Assembly: GCF_037042905.1 (NCBI RefSeq)
Contig: NC_087245.1
Coordinates: forward strand, 10,108,001-10,172,000
Reading direction: 5' to 3'
Source: Lytechinus pictus
Taxonomy: Eukaryota
Length of the DNA: 64,000 bases
Shown here: piece after piece, positions 26,121-38,008 of the stretch
Numbering within the stretch: position 1 is the first letter of the stretch
Layout: each line of letters opens with the position of its first letter
Program-made: the position numbers and the translations under genes
Notes under the pieces: model-generated
Seen by the model: only the letters and a program-made list of their open reading frames with translations
What the model was told of the DNA's origin: nothing
The model's database searches: none

Positions 26121-27836
26121 ATGGATGTTCGAGGACAAAGATGGCGTGCGGTATCGCCGGCTGAGGTGATGGAGAAGTTGGAGAGCAGTATGGCGAAGAT
26201 TAATCAGATGATGGCGGAGATACGGACCAGGATGGGATTGACGCCATCATGGGGGACTGATGAGGCGTGCGGTAGGCATGGGCCGAGAGTTCAGTTCCGA
26301 TCTTCACAAACTGACAACTTCAGAGCAGCAAGGATACCGCAGCGTACCGAATTGGAACAAGAATTTTTCAGGACTGAGCTACAAGATACCCGACATAGAC
26401 GAGCACCCGAGATGAGAACCGAATCAGGAAAATTACTGCTAAATCATCACGAAGTTAGATTAAAAGAACCAAATATTGTACCAGATCAATTCGATGGCCG
26501 CACTCCGGTTGAGGAATATCTGAACCATTTTCAGGCGTGCATTGTGGTGAATCATTGGGGAGAATTTGAGGCAATGGAATATCTGGCTGCCAGCCTGAGA
26601 GGTTCTGCGGTTACACTGCTTACGCAGAAAACAGGAAGGCGACTCAGTTACTATGAACTAGTGGACAGAATGAGGAAAAGATATGGTCCAGGTGGTAAGG
26701 CAGAGGTCTACCTTGCCGAGTTGCGACAGCGACGGAGAGGACCAGGAGAGAAACTTCAGGAATTAGGACAGAGCATAAGAGATCTGACGGCTCTCGCCTA
26801 TCCTGAATTTGATGAAGTCGGACAAGACCGGTTGGCGAGGGGGCACTTGCTAGATGCGATTGTAGATTGCAAAGTCCGAGAAAGGGTTTTCCGCTCCCAA
26901 CCAAGATCACTGGACGAGGCAATAGAAGCTGCTCTGAATGCGGAGGCGTTCTCAAGGATGGAGGATGAAAGGTGGGAATACCAGCAAGCCAGATACAGTC
27001 CTGCTGTAACCCGAGATGGCGACGGAATTCATGTCCGTACTGGAAAACCCTCCTTGAAAGTGAGAATGAAAATGTTCATTCAAGATCTTCTGCAAATGGA
27101 ATCGGAAGAGCCAGAGTCAGATGACGGAAATTCAGGAGAGAAATATTCCGAAGCTGATCAGGCAGGTGCTGAAAAATCAGAGGGAAACACCTTCGTTTGC
27201 GGAATTGTTGGACAGCAGTTGGGTACTATCTCGACTGACTGTGAGGAACCAGAGACAAGGAGCACTAAACGATGTACTGGTACAGCAATCCCTGGAGGAC
27301 AATTCGATAGAGCTGGAATATCGGTCACAGGCCTGATGGACAAGGGAGTCACAGGTGTGGAGCCATTTGGTGGGTGCACTTTGGCGGGTGGGCCGAAGCA
27401 GTTGCAGGACCAGTTGGCTGAGACTGTGCAGGATGTTCCAGTTGAATGTCTGGAATCGGTGCCAAGATCGTTTGAGGACTTCGGTAATGTCTCACCTAAG
27501 AGCCGGTTGCTTGACCATGAGAAAGTCTGTCTTGTAAAGCTAGACAATGAAACGAAAGAGGTAGGACCATCCAAACCAAACAGCAGGAGATATCTAGACC
27601 AGATGAACAGCGATGGAGGAAGGCAACAGACATCACAGACGGTTCGCATGAACAGGCACCAAGGTGTTGATCTGAAAACCTGGACATTCGCACAACCGTT
27701 GTCAAGTACCGCCACTCTGTTTGTTGGACCAAAGAAGGGAAGACCTCCGGAAACGCATTCGGTATCCGTGATGATGTTAAGAAGAGCTGGACATAACAGT
27801 CTTCCAGTCTATCCATCTATGTTTCCAAAGAACTGA
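26121..27836 (+). CDS. gag: Ty3/Gypsy Gag (capsid) protein, 571 aa from the first ATG after the PBS; no PR/RT/RH/IN
   Basis: Capsid-like motifs PDQFDG..EEYLNHF..NHW..LAASLRGSA..YYELVDRMRKRYG..AELRQRRRGPGEKLQELGQSIRDLTALAYP..PRSLDEAIEAA. No CCHC knuckle, D(T/S)G, YxDD or integrase motifs were seen. Confidence 0.88.
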   Translation: MDVRGQRWRAVSPAEVMEKLESSMAKINQMMAEIRTRMGLTPSWGTDEACGRHGPRVQFRSSQTDNFRAARIPQRTELEQEFFRTELQDTRHRRAPEMRTESGKLLLNHHEVRLKEPNIVPDQFDGRTPVEEYLNHFQACIVVNHWGEFEAMEYLAASLRGSAVTLLTQKTGRRLSYYELVDRMRKRYGPGGKAEVYLAELRQRRRGPGEKLQELGQSIRDLTALAYPEFDEVGQDRLARGHLLDAIVDCKVRERVFRSQPRSLDEAIEAALNAEAFSRMEDERWEYQQARYSPAVTRDGDGIHVRTGKPSLKVRMKMFIQDLLQMESEEPESDDGNSGEKYSEADQAGAEKSEGNTFVCGIVGQQLGTISTDCEEPETRSTKRCTGTAIPGGQFDRAGISVTGLMDKGVTGVEPFGGCTLAGGPKQLQDQLAETVQDVPVECLESVPRSFEDFGNVSPKSRLLDHEKVCLVKLDNETKEVGPSKPNSRRYLDQMNSDGGRQQTSQTVRMNRHQGVDLKTWTFAQPLSSTATLFVGPKKGRPPETHSVSVMMLRRAGHNSLPVYPSMFPKN

Positions 27837-28844
27837 TAAAGGACTAAATTTGAAAGACATCGTTGCACTGGACTTTAATTCATAAAACATTGGACTTTTA
27901 GTTGCCAAACTGAATTATTACGTTCTTGTTGCTATTTTGTATACATGCCGTAGTTTAAGCATTTTAATTTGTCGGTTTTTCTAATGCAAAAAAAAAAATT
28001 AAAGTCAGTAATGCAATTGTTATGACTGCCGATAAATATCTTGTCAGAAATTGATATTTGTATGTAACAATTAGCATTATGTTGATAAAATCAGGGAAAG
28101 GAAAATATTCGAAATCGTTTGCACAAGTACGGATAGCAATATTTAATCTATTGAAAGTTGTAAGTAAACCATGTAGTGCAGTTTTTATTAGAATTACATT
28201 CTGGTATATTTCTGTTTTGTTACTGAATTGGTCAGCTCGGGGACCGAGCTTTTCGAAGGAGGGAGTTGTGTAACGAAATGAAAGGTTTATTTAATGTACA
28301 TCATGGTTTTGGAACGGTGAAGAGCGTAGAATAATTTTTAATCCATGTATAAGTTGCATATGGACATTCAGTAATCGTTTGTAATCGATTATGTAGGTAT
28401 TTCTCTGAAATGTATGAAGGCAGTATTTGCTGAGTAATAACGATGTTTACAACTGCTTGATTATGTTAGATATTCATTTTTAATTGTTCTTAACTGTTCA
28501 GGTATAAATAGTAGTGACAATTACCATAGTTGTTGTTGAAAAGATTTAACTCATGACTTTAACTAGTTTTAAAAGATGATTAAATTTTACGGCCTGGCAA
28601 TTTCCCTCCTAAATCGTTGAGCATAATCGGGCTCTATGCTCGATTATGAGCCATGCATTATGCTTGGCAGTAAAAGGTTTCTGACCGAAACTCTGTTCGA
28701 TTTTCATTAGAACCTGCTGCGACAGGATGAGCATGATTTCTTCAGTAAAGTTATAAGAACTGATTGCCTTGCTTCCTGCGAGTCGTTATTTTGATGTTCA
28801 GAGCTACAAGTATACATGGTTGAAGGAGCAGAAGTACGAAAGTT

Positions 28845-29090
28845 GGAAATACTGACCAGAAGAAGTGAGAGTACGGAAAATACTGACTTTACCGGAATAC
28901 GGAAAATACCGACTTTACTGAGAATACGGAAAATACTGACTTTACCGAGTATCTGAAAATACTGAGATGAGTGAGGATACTGAAAGTACTGAAATTACTG
29001 AGATACCGAAATACTGAAATTACGGAGATACTGAATACTGGAATAACTGAGAAAACGGAGATACGGAATGACGGAGATGTTGAAATACAC
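28845..29090 (+). repeat. Short tandem repeats inside the 3' LTR-like region
   Basis: ~25-bp units TACGGAAAATACTGACTTTACCG and ~9-10-bp AAATACTGA/GATACGGA units. Confidence 0.8.
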
Positions 29091-31347
29091 GGTATATAGT
29101 CTAAGTTACTGAGAAGGAGCAAAGAGTCAGAAGTGAAAAAGACGGACTTTACACCAACTGGTTGTATATTGCAGCCGAAACGAACCAGCTCGTCAGGAGA
29201 GAAAGTCGGTTCGGCTACACTATCATCCTTTTCAGAATAAAAGCGAATTTAATATCTAGTCGTAATGACGTCATAGCAGTCGTACGATTGGCTACGACTT
29301 GAAACTAATTTGGTCTTTACTCCAAAATAAGGGCTTGCAATCTTTTAAAATGGTTATAATATTATTATTTCAATTAATTTTAACCTCAAATAAAATGATA
29401 TGTCCCATTCACATCTTCAGAAAATGAGAAAAATGCGATTTGTTCCAAAATCGGGTCGCAGACCAGTCGTAAGGTGTGCGGTCGCCTTAAAGCATATATC
29501 GTCACAATGGCCTCGGTGTGTGGGCGAGTGGGGATGGGGCGCAATGCACTATTTGAAGTGTTTTGGGCAAGGAAACAAGTTAAAAAGGTAAAAGATATCT
29601 TCAAATCAATTTTACTAGCTAACTTCAACATGTTATTCACGATTAAGGTCTACTTTTATTCGCATAACTATTTCAAAGTTCTGCGCAAATCATTTTCACT
29701 AACTTTTCAAAAGTAAGTGGTGCTCACTCAAGCGGAAATATTTTTCGACAGTTATATCGTCATTTTCTTAAATGGATCTGTACCAATGTTAAAATGTGGA
29801 AAAATCTTCAGGATATTACAAATGTATAATTTTACACGATTTTTTCTAGGTGTAAACTTTTTTTTGATACGCATTGTATAATACACACACATCATGACTC
29901 GGATCTTGAAACATTTGAAAATCATCAAACATTGATTTAAAAAGAATATACATTTACCTTTTCTCAGTATCCGGTATATGGTAACCAAGGAATGTATTAA
30001 AAGATATTAAGCATTCCGGTTGGGATTTTCACCAGGCGTATAAGTCGGATGATGTCTAGACGTTGAAAACTGACTAAAATATACAACTTCCTTAACAAAA
30101 ATGCTTCTTTATTTCAGATAATAAATCCTTTTAACTGCATGTTTAGCCCATAAAAGTGAGATCATTGTTGACGTTGCTGGGTGCCCGTCACGACATTGCT
30201 CGTAAAGCATGTAAGATAGAGAAGGCATCTACTATAATCAACAGGACAATAGCCGTTCCATGGCGTTAGTTTTATGGAAAATTGATGGCAATTCGTTGGC
30301 AAAGAGCTCTCGAAAAAGCGAATGTCAATAATATGCACTTTCGCACAGTATAGGGAGTAATTGCGCATACTGTGCTGCCCACGGCGCCGTTTCGACTGCC
30401 CGTAATTCTGCGAAACTGTTGCAACGATTTCAAAGCATACATAATTATTACCATTAGTTTGTGAGTGGGAAAGTAAGTTTATAGTCAATTGTTAATATTC
30501 TGCCACGGGTCATTACCTGATATATTGGTTGTATGTATGTGTTTAGATTTTTTATTTGTTTTAGTTTGTTTTGGATTATGTTACTTGTCACTTTTTTTCT
30601 TTTTTCTTTATTAATGTTTTTTTTGTTTGTTTGATTACGATCATGTCTAATTATGTAAATATTGTGATTTCTTGTAATTGACTATTTATGAAAACAATAA
30701 AAACATAATAAAAAAAAAGAAAAAAAAAGAAGTTTATAGTCAATTGCAGTTATAACGTCAGTGAAATGTTGCTTTATCAACCTAGATCGTAATGACATAG
30801 TTCGAAAACGCTGCATTTATACACAATCATTTTAGGGGCTGGTTATAGTCTGGGGAAATCTTATTGAATATCATTTAGACAAGCTGCTGCGCCCCACACG
30901 TTCAACTTGGCAAGTGTTATGTTTGCCTACTTTTCGGGGGGGGGGGGAGGGTGTCTCTAATTCTGCATCAGTTTCTTGAATCTCTGTATCTAAAAAAAAA
31001 ATCAGCAGAGAATCTGACAATACCAGCTATCTCTTTGGTTCTCGATTCGCTGAACCTACCATAGCAGCATTGAAGTTACGTGTGGTTACCATGACAACAC
31101 GGTGGATGTTGGAAGTGCCTTCATCGTAATTATAGTTTTGATGAATTGCATTGTAATTGAGATGATGTAATATAATGACCCAAACGTGATCAACTGTTAA
31201 AAAATAATTGTCTGGTTGTTTCGAAGAAAAGAAAATTTATCGTCTTGTGCATCAAATTAATTAGTCAAGCTATTTCATAATGGATGTAGACACAGTGTTG
31301 GTTTTTACAAATGAAATTGGAGGATGTTCTTACGCCTTTCTCAGTAC

Positions 31348-31606
31348 CATGGGCGTAAAGATGGGGGGCTTTGGGGCCCCAACTATTTCACGACCAAGAA
31401 ATACAAAGGAAATGGAAGGAAAGGGATAAGGGTGAAATATGATATCATTTTCCGAATATTATGTTAAAATCTATCACAAACTTGGATATTTGTAATAAAA
31501 ATGTCGAAATTTTGCTCGTTCGCTTCGCTCGCTCGCACCTTCTTATTCAGAGGCGCGATACACCATATCTAGGCCCCTCATTTTTTTTTTGCTTATTACG
31601 GCACTG
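31348..31606. mobile_element. hAT-like MITE
   Basis: 8-bp TSD CTCAGTAC (31340-31347 and 31607-31614); ends CATGGGCGTAA .. TTACGGCACTG. Confidence 0.75.
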
Positions 31607-32760
31607 CTCAGTACATTGATGACATCTAACATGTTTAAAGGAACTTAAAGCCCACCCATCAAAAACTTAATTCATGATTGTCACGCTCGGGTATTAGATA
31701 TCAGATGAAGATATTAACATGTTGGATCCTATTTAATCCGTCATGGGGACGAATTAGATGGTCTGTAGATTCTTGTGCAATCCTAGGAAGATAGCGTATG
31801 GTCTACGTTGAATTTAGCATGAATTTTAATTGGTATAATGAATTAGGTGTAAACTGAATATCATTGTAGAAGTATCTGGCTCTAGATATTTTTCAAATTT
31901 TTCACAATTTACAAAAACCATGACAAAAAAAATAAAGGAAGCAGTTTTGCATCTTCCAAATGCAACACCAAGAGCTCCTTTTAGGTGAAATAAGGGTAAA
32001 TAAGGGTAAGTTAACTATATTTTGCTTCTTGAAGGGTGTATAGTTGTACCCTTTTAAATGTTTTTTTTTTAATATACACCTTCAAAATTTCATCTAGGTT
32101 GTACCATTCAGTGAGCAAACATGACATTTCTGGTGCAAGCAGCATCACAAGGTGCATGCATTTTTGTACCTTAAAACGTGCTGCCAGTGTCACAGTTTGA
32201 CATTTTTTCACCATTGTACACGAATATTGCTTTCAGTCTTAATCATTCTGGGGAAGAGGAAGAGTAAGAAAAACATGTGTGAAGGGTAATGACACCTTCC
32301 ACGCAATATATGCAACTAAAGGGAATTATTGTCTTGTTTTTTGAAATATTCAAGTGTTCCACTTATTCGCGGTCTCGCTGACAACATTGCATATGCATGA
32401 TTTTTTTTAAGCAGCAGAGTGCAGGTCTCTTATTAATTCTGACTGAATTTCATCTTCCAAACTTTCTCATGTTGACGATAAAAATACTACCAGTACTTGA
32501 ATGAAGAAGATTCATGTGCTTCATGCCCAATCGTGCAATAGCGCCACCTACAATCCAGTGATTTTTCTTGCACGACACTTATTCTTTATAGATAAGATGA
32601 ATGTATATACCCATTTACTCAGCCTGATGATTCCTAGGCTTACATGTACACAGACCTACTAACTTTACCTGATATAGCCTTGCTAGCCATTAAATCCATT
32701 TTTTGCACCACTTGATGACTAAACATATTGATATCAGTGAGACCTTGTTTGGTACTAAAG

Positions 32761-34328
32761 CAGTGGCGTAACAGGCGGGGGGGGGGGGCAGGGGGGGCAA
32801 GCTGCCCCGCTGGCGGAGCTCACCGGGAAAATTAAAAAAACGGAAAAAAGAAAAAAAGGGGGAGGGAAGGGAAAGGAAAGAAAAAAGGGGAAAGGGAAAG
32901 GAAAAGGGAAAATAAAACTAAGAAAAAACATAAAAAAGGGAAAACGGAAAGATAACGGGAAAAGGAAGGAAAAAAGAACAAGCCAGTGAGAATTAGAACA
33001 ATTCGCCCCGATATACAAATACATTAGCATGATTAGTAAGACAGGGAAATAAATCAAAGATGACAAAAAGGCAAACAAAAACGGGAAACAAAGGCAGAAT
33101 GGAATTAGCCAAAATCTAAATTGCAAAATAAAGAATAGGGACAAGATAACGTACACTATACCGGGCTGCCGAGGATTGAGATAACGAGCGGGAAGAAAAA
33201 TGGATGGTATATAGCAGGCTGGTATATAGCATAATGTCGTATGAAAGTCTATCATAAACTTGCTAAATCTCCAAAGGCTCTGTCCAAGAGTCAAGACCCG
33301 TGCAGTGGGGGCTCTTCATCTGTAACCTTTAATGGGTTCTATAACGAGCCCCTATATGGACCCTTCCTGCATTAAGCTTTACGTTGAAGCACTGGCGTAC
33401 TGGGGGTGGTTCCACAGCCAAGGGGAAATAAAATAAAATAAAGGAGGCAGCGAAATGAGATGAATGAAAAAAAATATATGACATGATATTTGCTATAATG
33501 ATGTAAAAATCTATCACATAATTAGAATTTCATTTTAACAGGCCATTTTTTTTCTGGCTCGCTGGCGACTTTTTACAAATTGTCCCACATTTGCTATGGT
33601 GTGCCCCTCACAATATTTGGATGATTACGATACACAACTGTATTGAATTTATGTGTTGTGTTAAAGCTATATAAATATACACGCAATTTGATTAAAATAA
33701 GTGGCCATCTGTAAGGTTTAAAATGGCTTTGATATCAAGAGGTTCCGGGGCTCTGCCCTGGACCCCACCCATAAAGCACTGTTATATGGATGAGTTTGGA
33801 CCATGGCCCCCAAAAGTTCTACAACCCAAAAAAAAAATGAGGAAAGAAAGGAAAGTGTATTATATTTTTCTGAATATCACGTTAAAATCTATTTTCATGT
33901 TAGATTCTCATGAAAAGGTGATTTTTTTATCTCGCTCGCTTCGCTCGCTCGGGACCTATATTAAGCTACTTCTTGCCAGAAGCGCCATACTCGGCCCCCT
34001 CGAGCATATAGAGCTTCGCCCTGATGCTCACAATCATAACAAAAATCCTGTTCACCGTGGCGTACAAAAAAAGAGAGAAAAAAGGAAAGAGAGGAGGGTG
34101 AAATATGATATCATCTTTTAAACATTATGTCAAAATATATCACAAAATTTGATTTTTGCAATAAAAATGTCAAAAATTTTTGCTCGCTCGCTCGCTTTTA
34201 TATATATATATAATTTGCCCAATACGCCATATCGCCCCCTCAAAATTTTTGCCTTATGACGCCATTGCCTGTTCCATGATATGACCGGGAAATTTTTGGC
34301 TCTTGCCCCCCCTGGCCACCGACCCCTG
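32761..34328. mobile_element. hAT-like non-autonomous composite element
   Basis: 8-bp TSD TACTAAAG (32753-32760 and 34329-34336); CAGTGGCGTAAC 5' end; CTG 3' end; internal GCTCGCTTCGCTCGC motifs. Confidence 0.75.
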
Positions 34329-34365
34329 TACTAAAGAATTTGGCCAGGTATTCCATCCACTGCTA

Positions 34366-34833
34366 GGGGTCCCACGAGCCTAATTACATCAGGAGGGCTA
34401 AAGATATTTGTTCGACCCAACCCATTAGAATTTTTGTCAATTTGATATTGCTGATTGACAAAAATGTATGAATGTGATTCAAAATCTAACACTGATTCTA
34501 GGAATGGTAACTACTGAACTTACTTCGCCCAAATTGGGAAGATAAATAAGTGACTTGGAACTATTTTTTGACTGGCGGAATAATTAGGGCTATTTTACTG
34601 TTTCAGTTGATGAATTCGATCGATTCATAGTTATCTTCATAAATGGCGATTTATTTTTAAAATGAGCTGGCTACGGTACCCTTTCCTGGTCAGATTTGGA
34701 ATGTCAGATATATATCCTATCCATTGGTAGTAAACATTCCACCCTCTAAATTTCACATTTATTTTTTATGAATTTTTCAAAAGTGCCATTTTAACACACA
34801 AGTCTATGGGGAATGTTTTACGTGCATGACACC
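34366..34833. mobile_element. ~465-bp element, copy 1
   Basis: Near-identical to 35835-36278; short imperfect TIR GGGGTCCCACG / CATGACACC. Confidence 0.7.
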
Positions 34834-35834
34834 TTTAAGTAATATGGGAAATCCCTAGTAGTGGATGGAATACCTGGCCAAACTCTTCAGTATCAAACAA
34901 TTTCTCACTGATATCAATATGTTTAGTCATCAAGTGGTGCAAAAAAATGGATTTAATGGCTAGCAGGGCTACATCAGGTAAAATTAGTAGGTCTGTGTAG
35001 CCTAGGAATGTATGTAGATTGGTCAATGTATAGAGTCAAGGCCTCTTTATGTTCTGATTTATCATTGTTTTGTGTTAGTGTACATCACCTACTTAGCATT
35101 AGAAAGACCTTTAGAAATTGCTCATGTTGAAATTGTTCTTAGGAAGGGGGTAGGTAGAGAGGAGATAGAACTTTGAGAACTTTACTGAAGAGAACTAGAG
35201 TGGTACCTTCAAGAAGGTATATAGAAAAGGGCACAGAGTAAGTAAAGGTATCTAATAGTGCTCAACTAAGGAGGGAGTGGGGGGGGGGGTGGCTCTGTGC
35301 TGCAATCGTAGTATAGCCCCCCCCCTCTTTATTAAGCCATGCCATCTATAAAATTATCTTTCTTTCTCTCTCTCTCTCTCTCTCTCTCTCCCCCTCGATC
35401 TATTTATGTATCTCTTCCTTCTTACATCTGAGAGGCAACAGCCCTAGCAAGATTTTGAATAGGTCAAATGCAAATATACTAAAGTAGTATCTCATTATTT
35501 TATTGTTTCCTCATCCAATCTCATGTATATTTGGTAATTATGTTTGGGGCAGTTCTGGTATCCTGATATCTACACAGAATTTACATACACCTTTATATTA
35601 CAATTAATAGGGACCTATATTGTCACTGCATTCACTGTTGGGCTATATGCAGGTAGGATATGTATACATCCATATACAATGAAAATAACATGTATGGGTA
35701 ACACATTAAAATGGGTCATTGCATAGAAAATAGGCATTTTCAATGCATTTCTTTGTGCTAGTGTGAGTGTACAGATATAAAAGAATAGCAAAGTAGCTAT
35801 TCAAAAAAATGAAATTCATAGGTCATATAATATA

Positions 35835-36278
35835 GGCCCCACGAGCCTAATTACATCAGGAGGGCTAAAGATATTCGTTTTGTCAATTTGATATTGCTGA
35901 TTGACAAAAATGTATGAATGTGATTCAAAATCTAACACTGATTCTAGAAATGGTAACTACTGAACTTACTTCGCCCAAATTGGGAAGATAAATAAGTGAC
36001 TTGGAACTATTTTTTGACTGGCGGAATAATTAGGGCTATTTTACTGTTTCAGTTGATGAATTCGATCGATTCATAGTTATCTTCATAAATGGCGATTTAT
36101 TTTTTAAATGAGCTGGCTACGGTACCCTTTCCTGGTCAGATTTGGAATGTCAGATATATATCCCATCCATTGGTAGTAAACATTCCACCCTCTAATTTCA
36201 CATTTATTTTTTATGAATTTTTCAAAAGTGCCATTTTAACACACAAGTCTATGGGGAATGTTTTACGCGCGTGACACC
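35835..36278. mobile_element. ~445-bp element, copy 2 (direct repeat of copy 1, ~24-bp deletion)
   Basis: Aligns by eye with 34366-34833. Confidence 0.7.
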
Positions 36279-36697
36279 TAGGGAATCCCCATATTACTTA
36301 TTGCATACCATAATTATGTAAAATAAATGCAAGTTTGTTGATTAGGCTACCACTCATCTGTATCTACCATTTTAAGGATTTTTAAACAAAAAAAGTTACA
36401 TGTCATTCATAGATCTAGTGCTAATTATAGCTCATAGTGCCAATTTTGCTATTTACAGTTGATTAACTGAAAACTAAAAATTGTTATTGAAGAATTCCTC
36501 ATCATACAGTAGTAAACCTAACAGAATATGTATTATTTATGTTTTCAGTCTTTAATATTCAATACAAGCAACACTATGCTATATGAGTATGCCAATTGAA
36601 ATATCCAAGGTTGCCAAAGTACCATCCAAACTTAATTTAATGCAATATCCATTTACAATTAAACAAAACACCAAGTATTTATTACTGGATTACCTCA

Positions 36698-37101
36698 GGG
36701 GGGGGGCAGTCAAATGTATTGCTGTACACATGTGTGACCAAAAAAAAATGTGTTTAAAGGGGTGTTTTTGCAGTTTTGGACGCAGGCCATGTGTGCACTC
36801 GTTAAGGGTATAAAAAACACGGATTTAAAAAAAAAGGTGGTTTTGAAAGACTGGTCAATGGTCAAACGTATTTAAACAAATTTTTTCCAAAGCTTTCCAC
36901 AGACTAGCCAAACGTGTTTAGGGCACGTTTTTCCCCAGGGTCATATTCTGACGACAACTTGTTTAGGGGCCAAAATGTGTTATAAAGCCCGCAAAAAACT
37001 TGCTTAGGGGGTTATTTTGCACACAGAGAAAAATTCGTTTCGGGGGTGTTTGGAAATAATTTAGTCACGCATGTGTACAGCAATACATTTGACTGGCCCC
37101 C
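36698..37101. mobile_element. MITE with G-run termini
   Basis: ~40-bp TIR GGGGCAGTCAAATGTATTGCTGTACACATGTGTGAC / GTCACGCATGTGTACAGCAATACATTTGACTGGCCCC. Confidence 0.75.
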
Positions 37102-38008
37102 AAGGACTGAGTACCTATTTTTTTCCCTTGAACTACAATAGAAGTTTACTGGCAGCTGTGCGAAGGGCGAGGTATGTGCTAAGTAAGTGCTAGGTAATGC
37201 CAGTAGTGCCATATCTGATTAAAATGAGTAATATGTAAGATTCCACTATTATCATTGTTTTAAGCATGCCTACTGACCTGAATTATATAATATGAAATTT
37301 TACTTCAGTCCATATCCATTCACACACATGCAGCAAAAAGAGAAATTTCAAAATTGATTTTTGAACTGGTTGAGTTCCCTTTTGCCCATTCAGACATAAT
37401 TCTAAAAACCCATGCTCTTTCATGATCCTCTTGTGATTTGAAAATCCTTTTTTTTATTCCATGATGCAAAGCCCATAATCATAAATAATTGTGCGTGCAT
37501 ATACATACCATCAATGTAAAATATCTTGTCATGTATGTAGGTTTCACGCATCTCTTCCTTGCAACTCATATCACATCTTGCCAATAAAAATCAAACCCCA
37601 ATGTCTAGACTTCCACACCCCTTCTCACGCAAATTTAATAATCACTAACCATTTTTTTTCAGATGTCTTTCATGAGTTTGTCGCTTTCATCTCCCAAGTC
37701 TCTTTTTTCTTTTTATCTGCACCTTTTGAAAATAAAGACACGAGACATAGTTTTTTTATATGTGTCAATAATCATTTCATAGCCCCTATATAAGAAATAA
37801 ACAAAAAAAAAATAACACGATATAATAAGAATAAATAATAAAGTAATGTTGAATAATGAATAACAAATAATACAATAATATTAACAATATTGAAATAATA
37901 GCGATAAAAACAGTAAGAAAACAAATAATAGTGGATAAATAACAATCATGGTAATGTAAAAAAATGTTCATAATAACAATAATGAGTAATAAAGATTCAA
38001 TTCGTTTT

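Larger units (their letters stand above)
25305..29219 (+). mobile_element. Gypsy-type gag-only LTR retroelement with dissimilar terminal regions
   Basis: CTAT|TGTAACGAAC ... GTTCGGCTACA|CTAT (4-bp TSD). 5' LTR-like region 25305-26079 ends GTCACA; PBS TGGTGTCAGAAGTGGGAT at 26082-26099; gag ORF; PPT GAAGGAGGGAG at ~28255-28265; 3' LTR-like region 28269-29219 starts TGTAACGAAA. Confidence 0.9.
25153..29487. mobile_element. PIF/Harbinger-like MITE (middle layer, ~415 bp without insert)
   Basis: ~37-bp TIR GGCGACCGCACACCTTACGACTGGTCTGCGACCCGATTT and its reverse complement; TAA target duplication at 25150-25152 and 29488-29490. Confidence 0.85.
24570..29876. mobile_element. Tc1/mariner-like non-autonomous element (outer host of a nested set, ~970 bp without inserts)
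   Basis: TA|CAGTGCGTATAAAAAAAGTTTACAC ... GTGTAAACTTTTTTTTGATACGCATTG|TA. Confidence 0.8.

Noticed and set aside
26644..27816. Antisense ORFs of 103-185 aa over gag
   Set aside because: Shadow frames of a GC-richer coding region; no recognisable motifs.
32755..33294. 179-aa hydrophobic Phe-rich ORF
   Set aside because: Derives from a purine-rich low-complexity tract within the hAT-like element.
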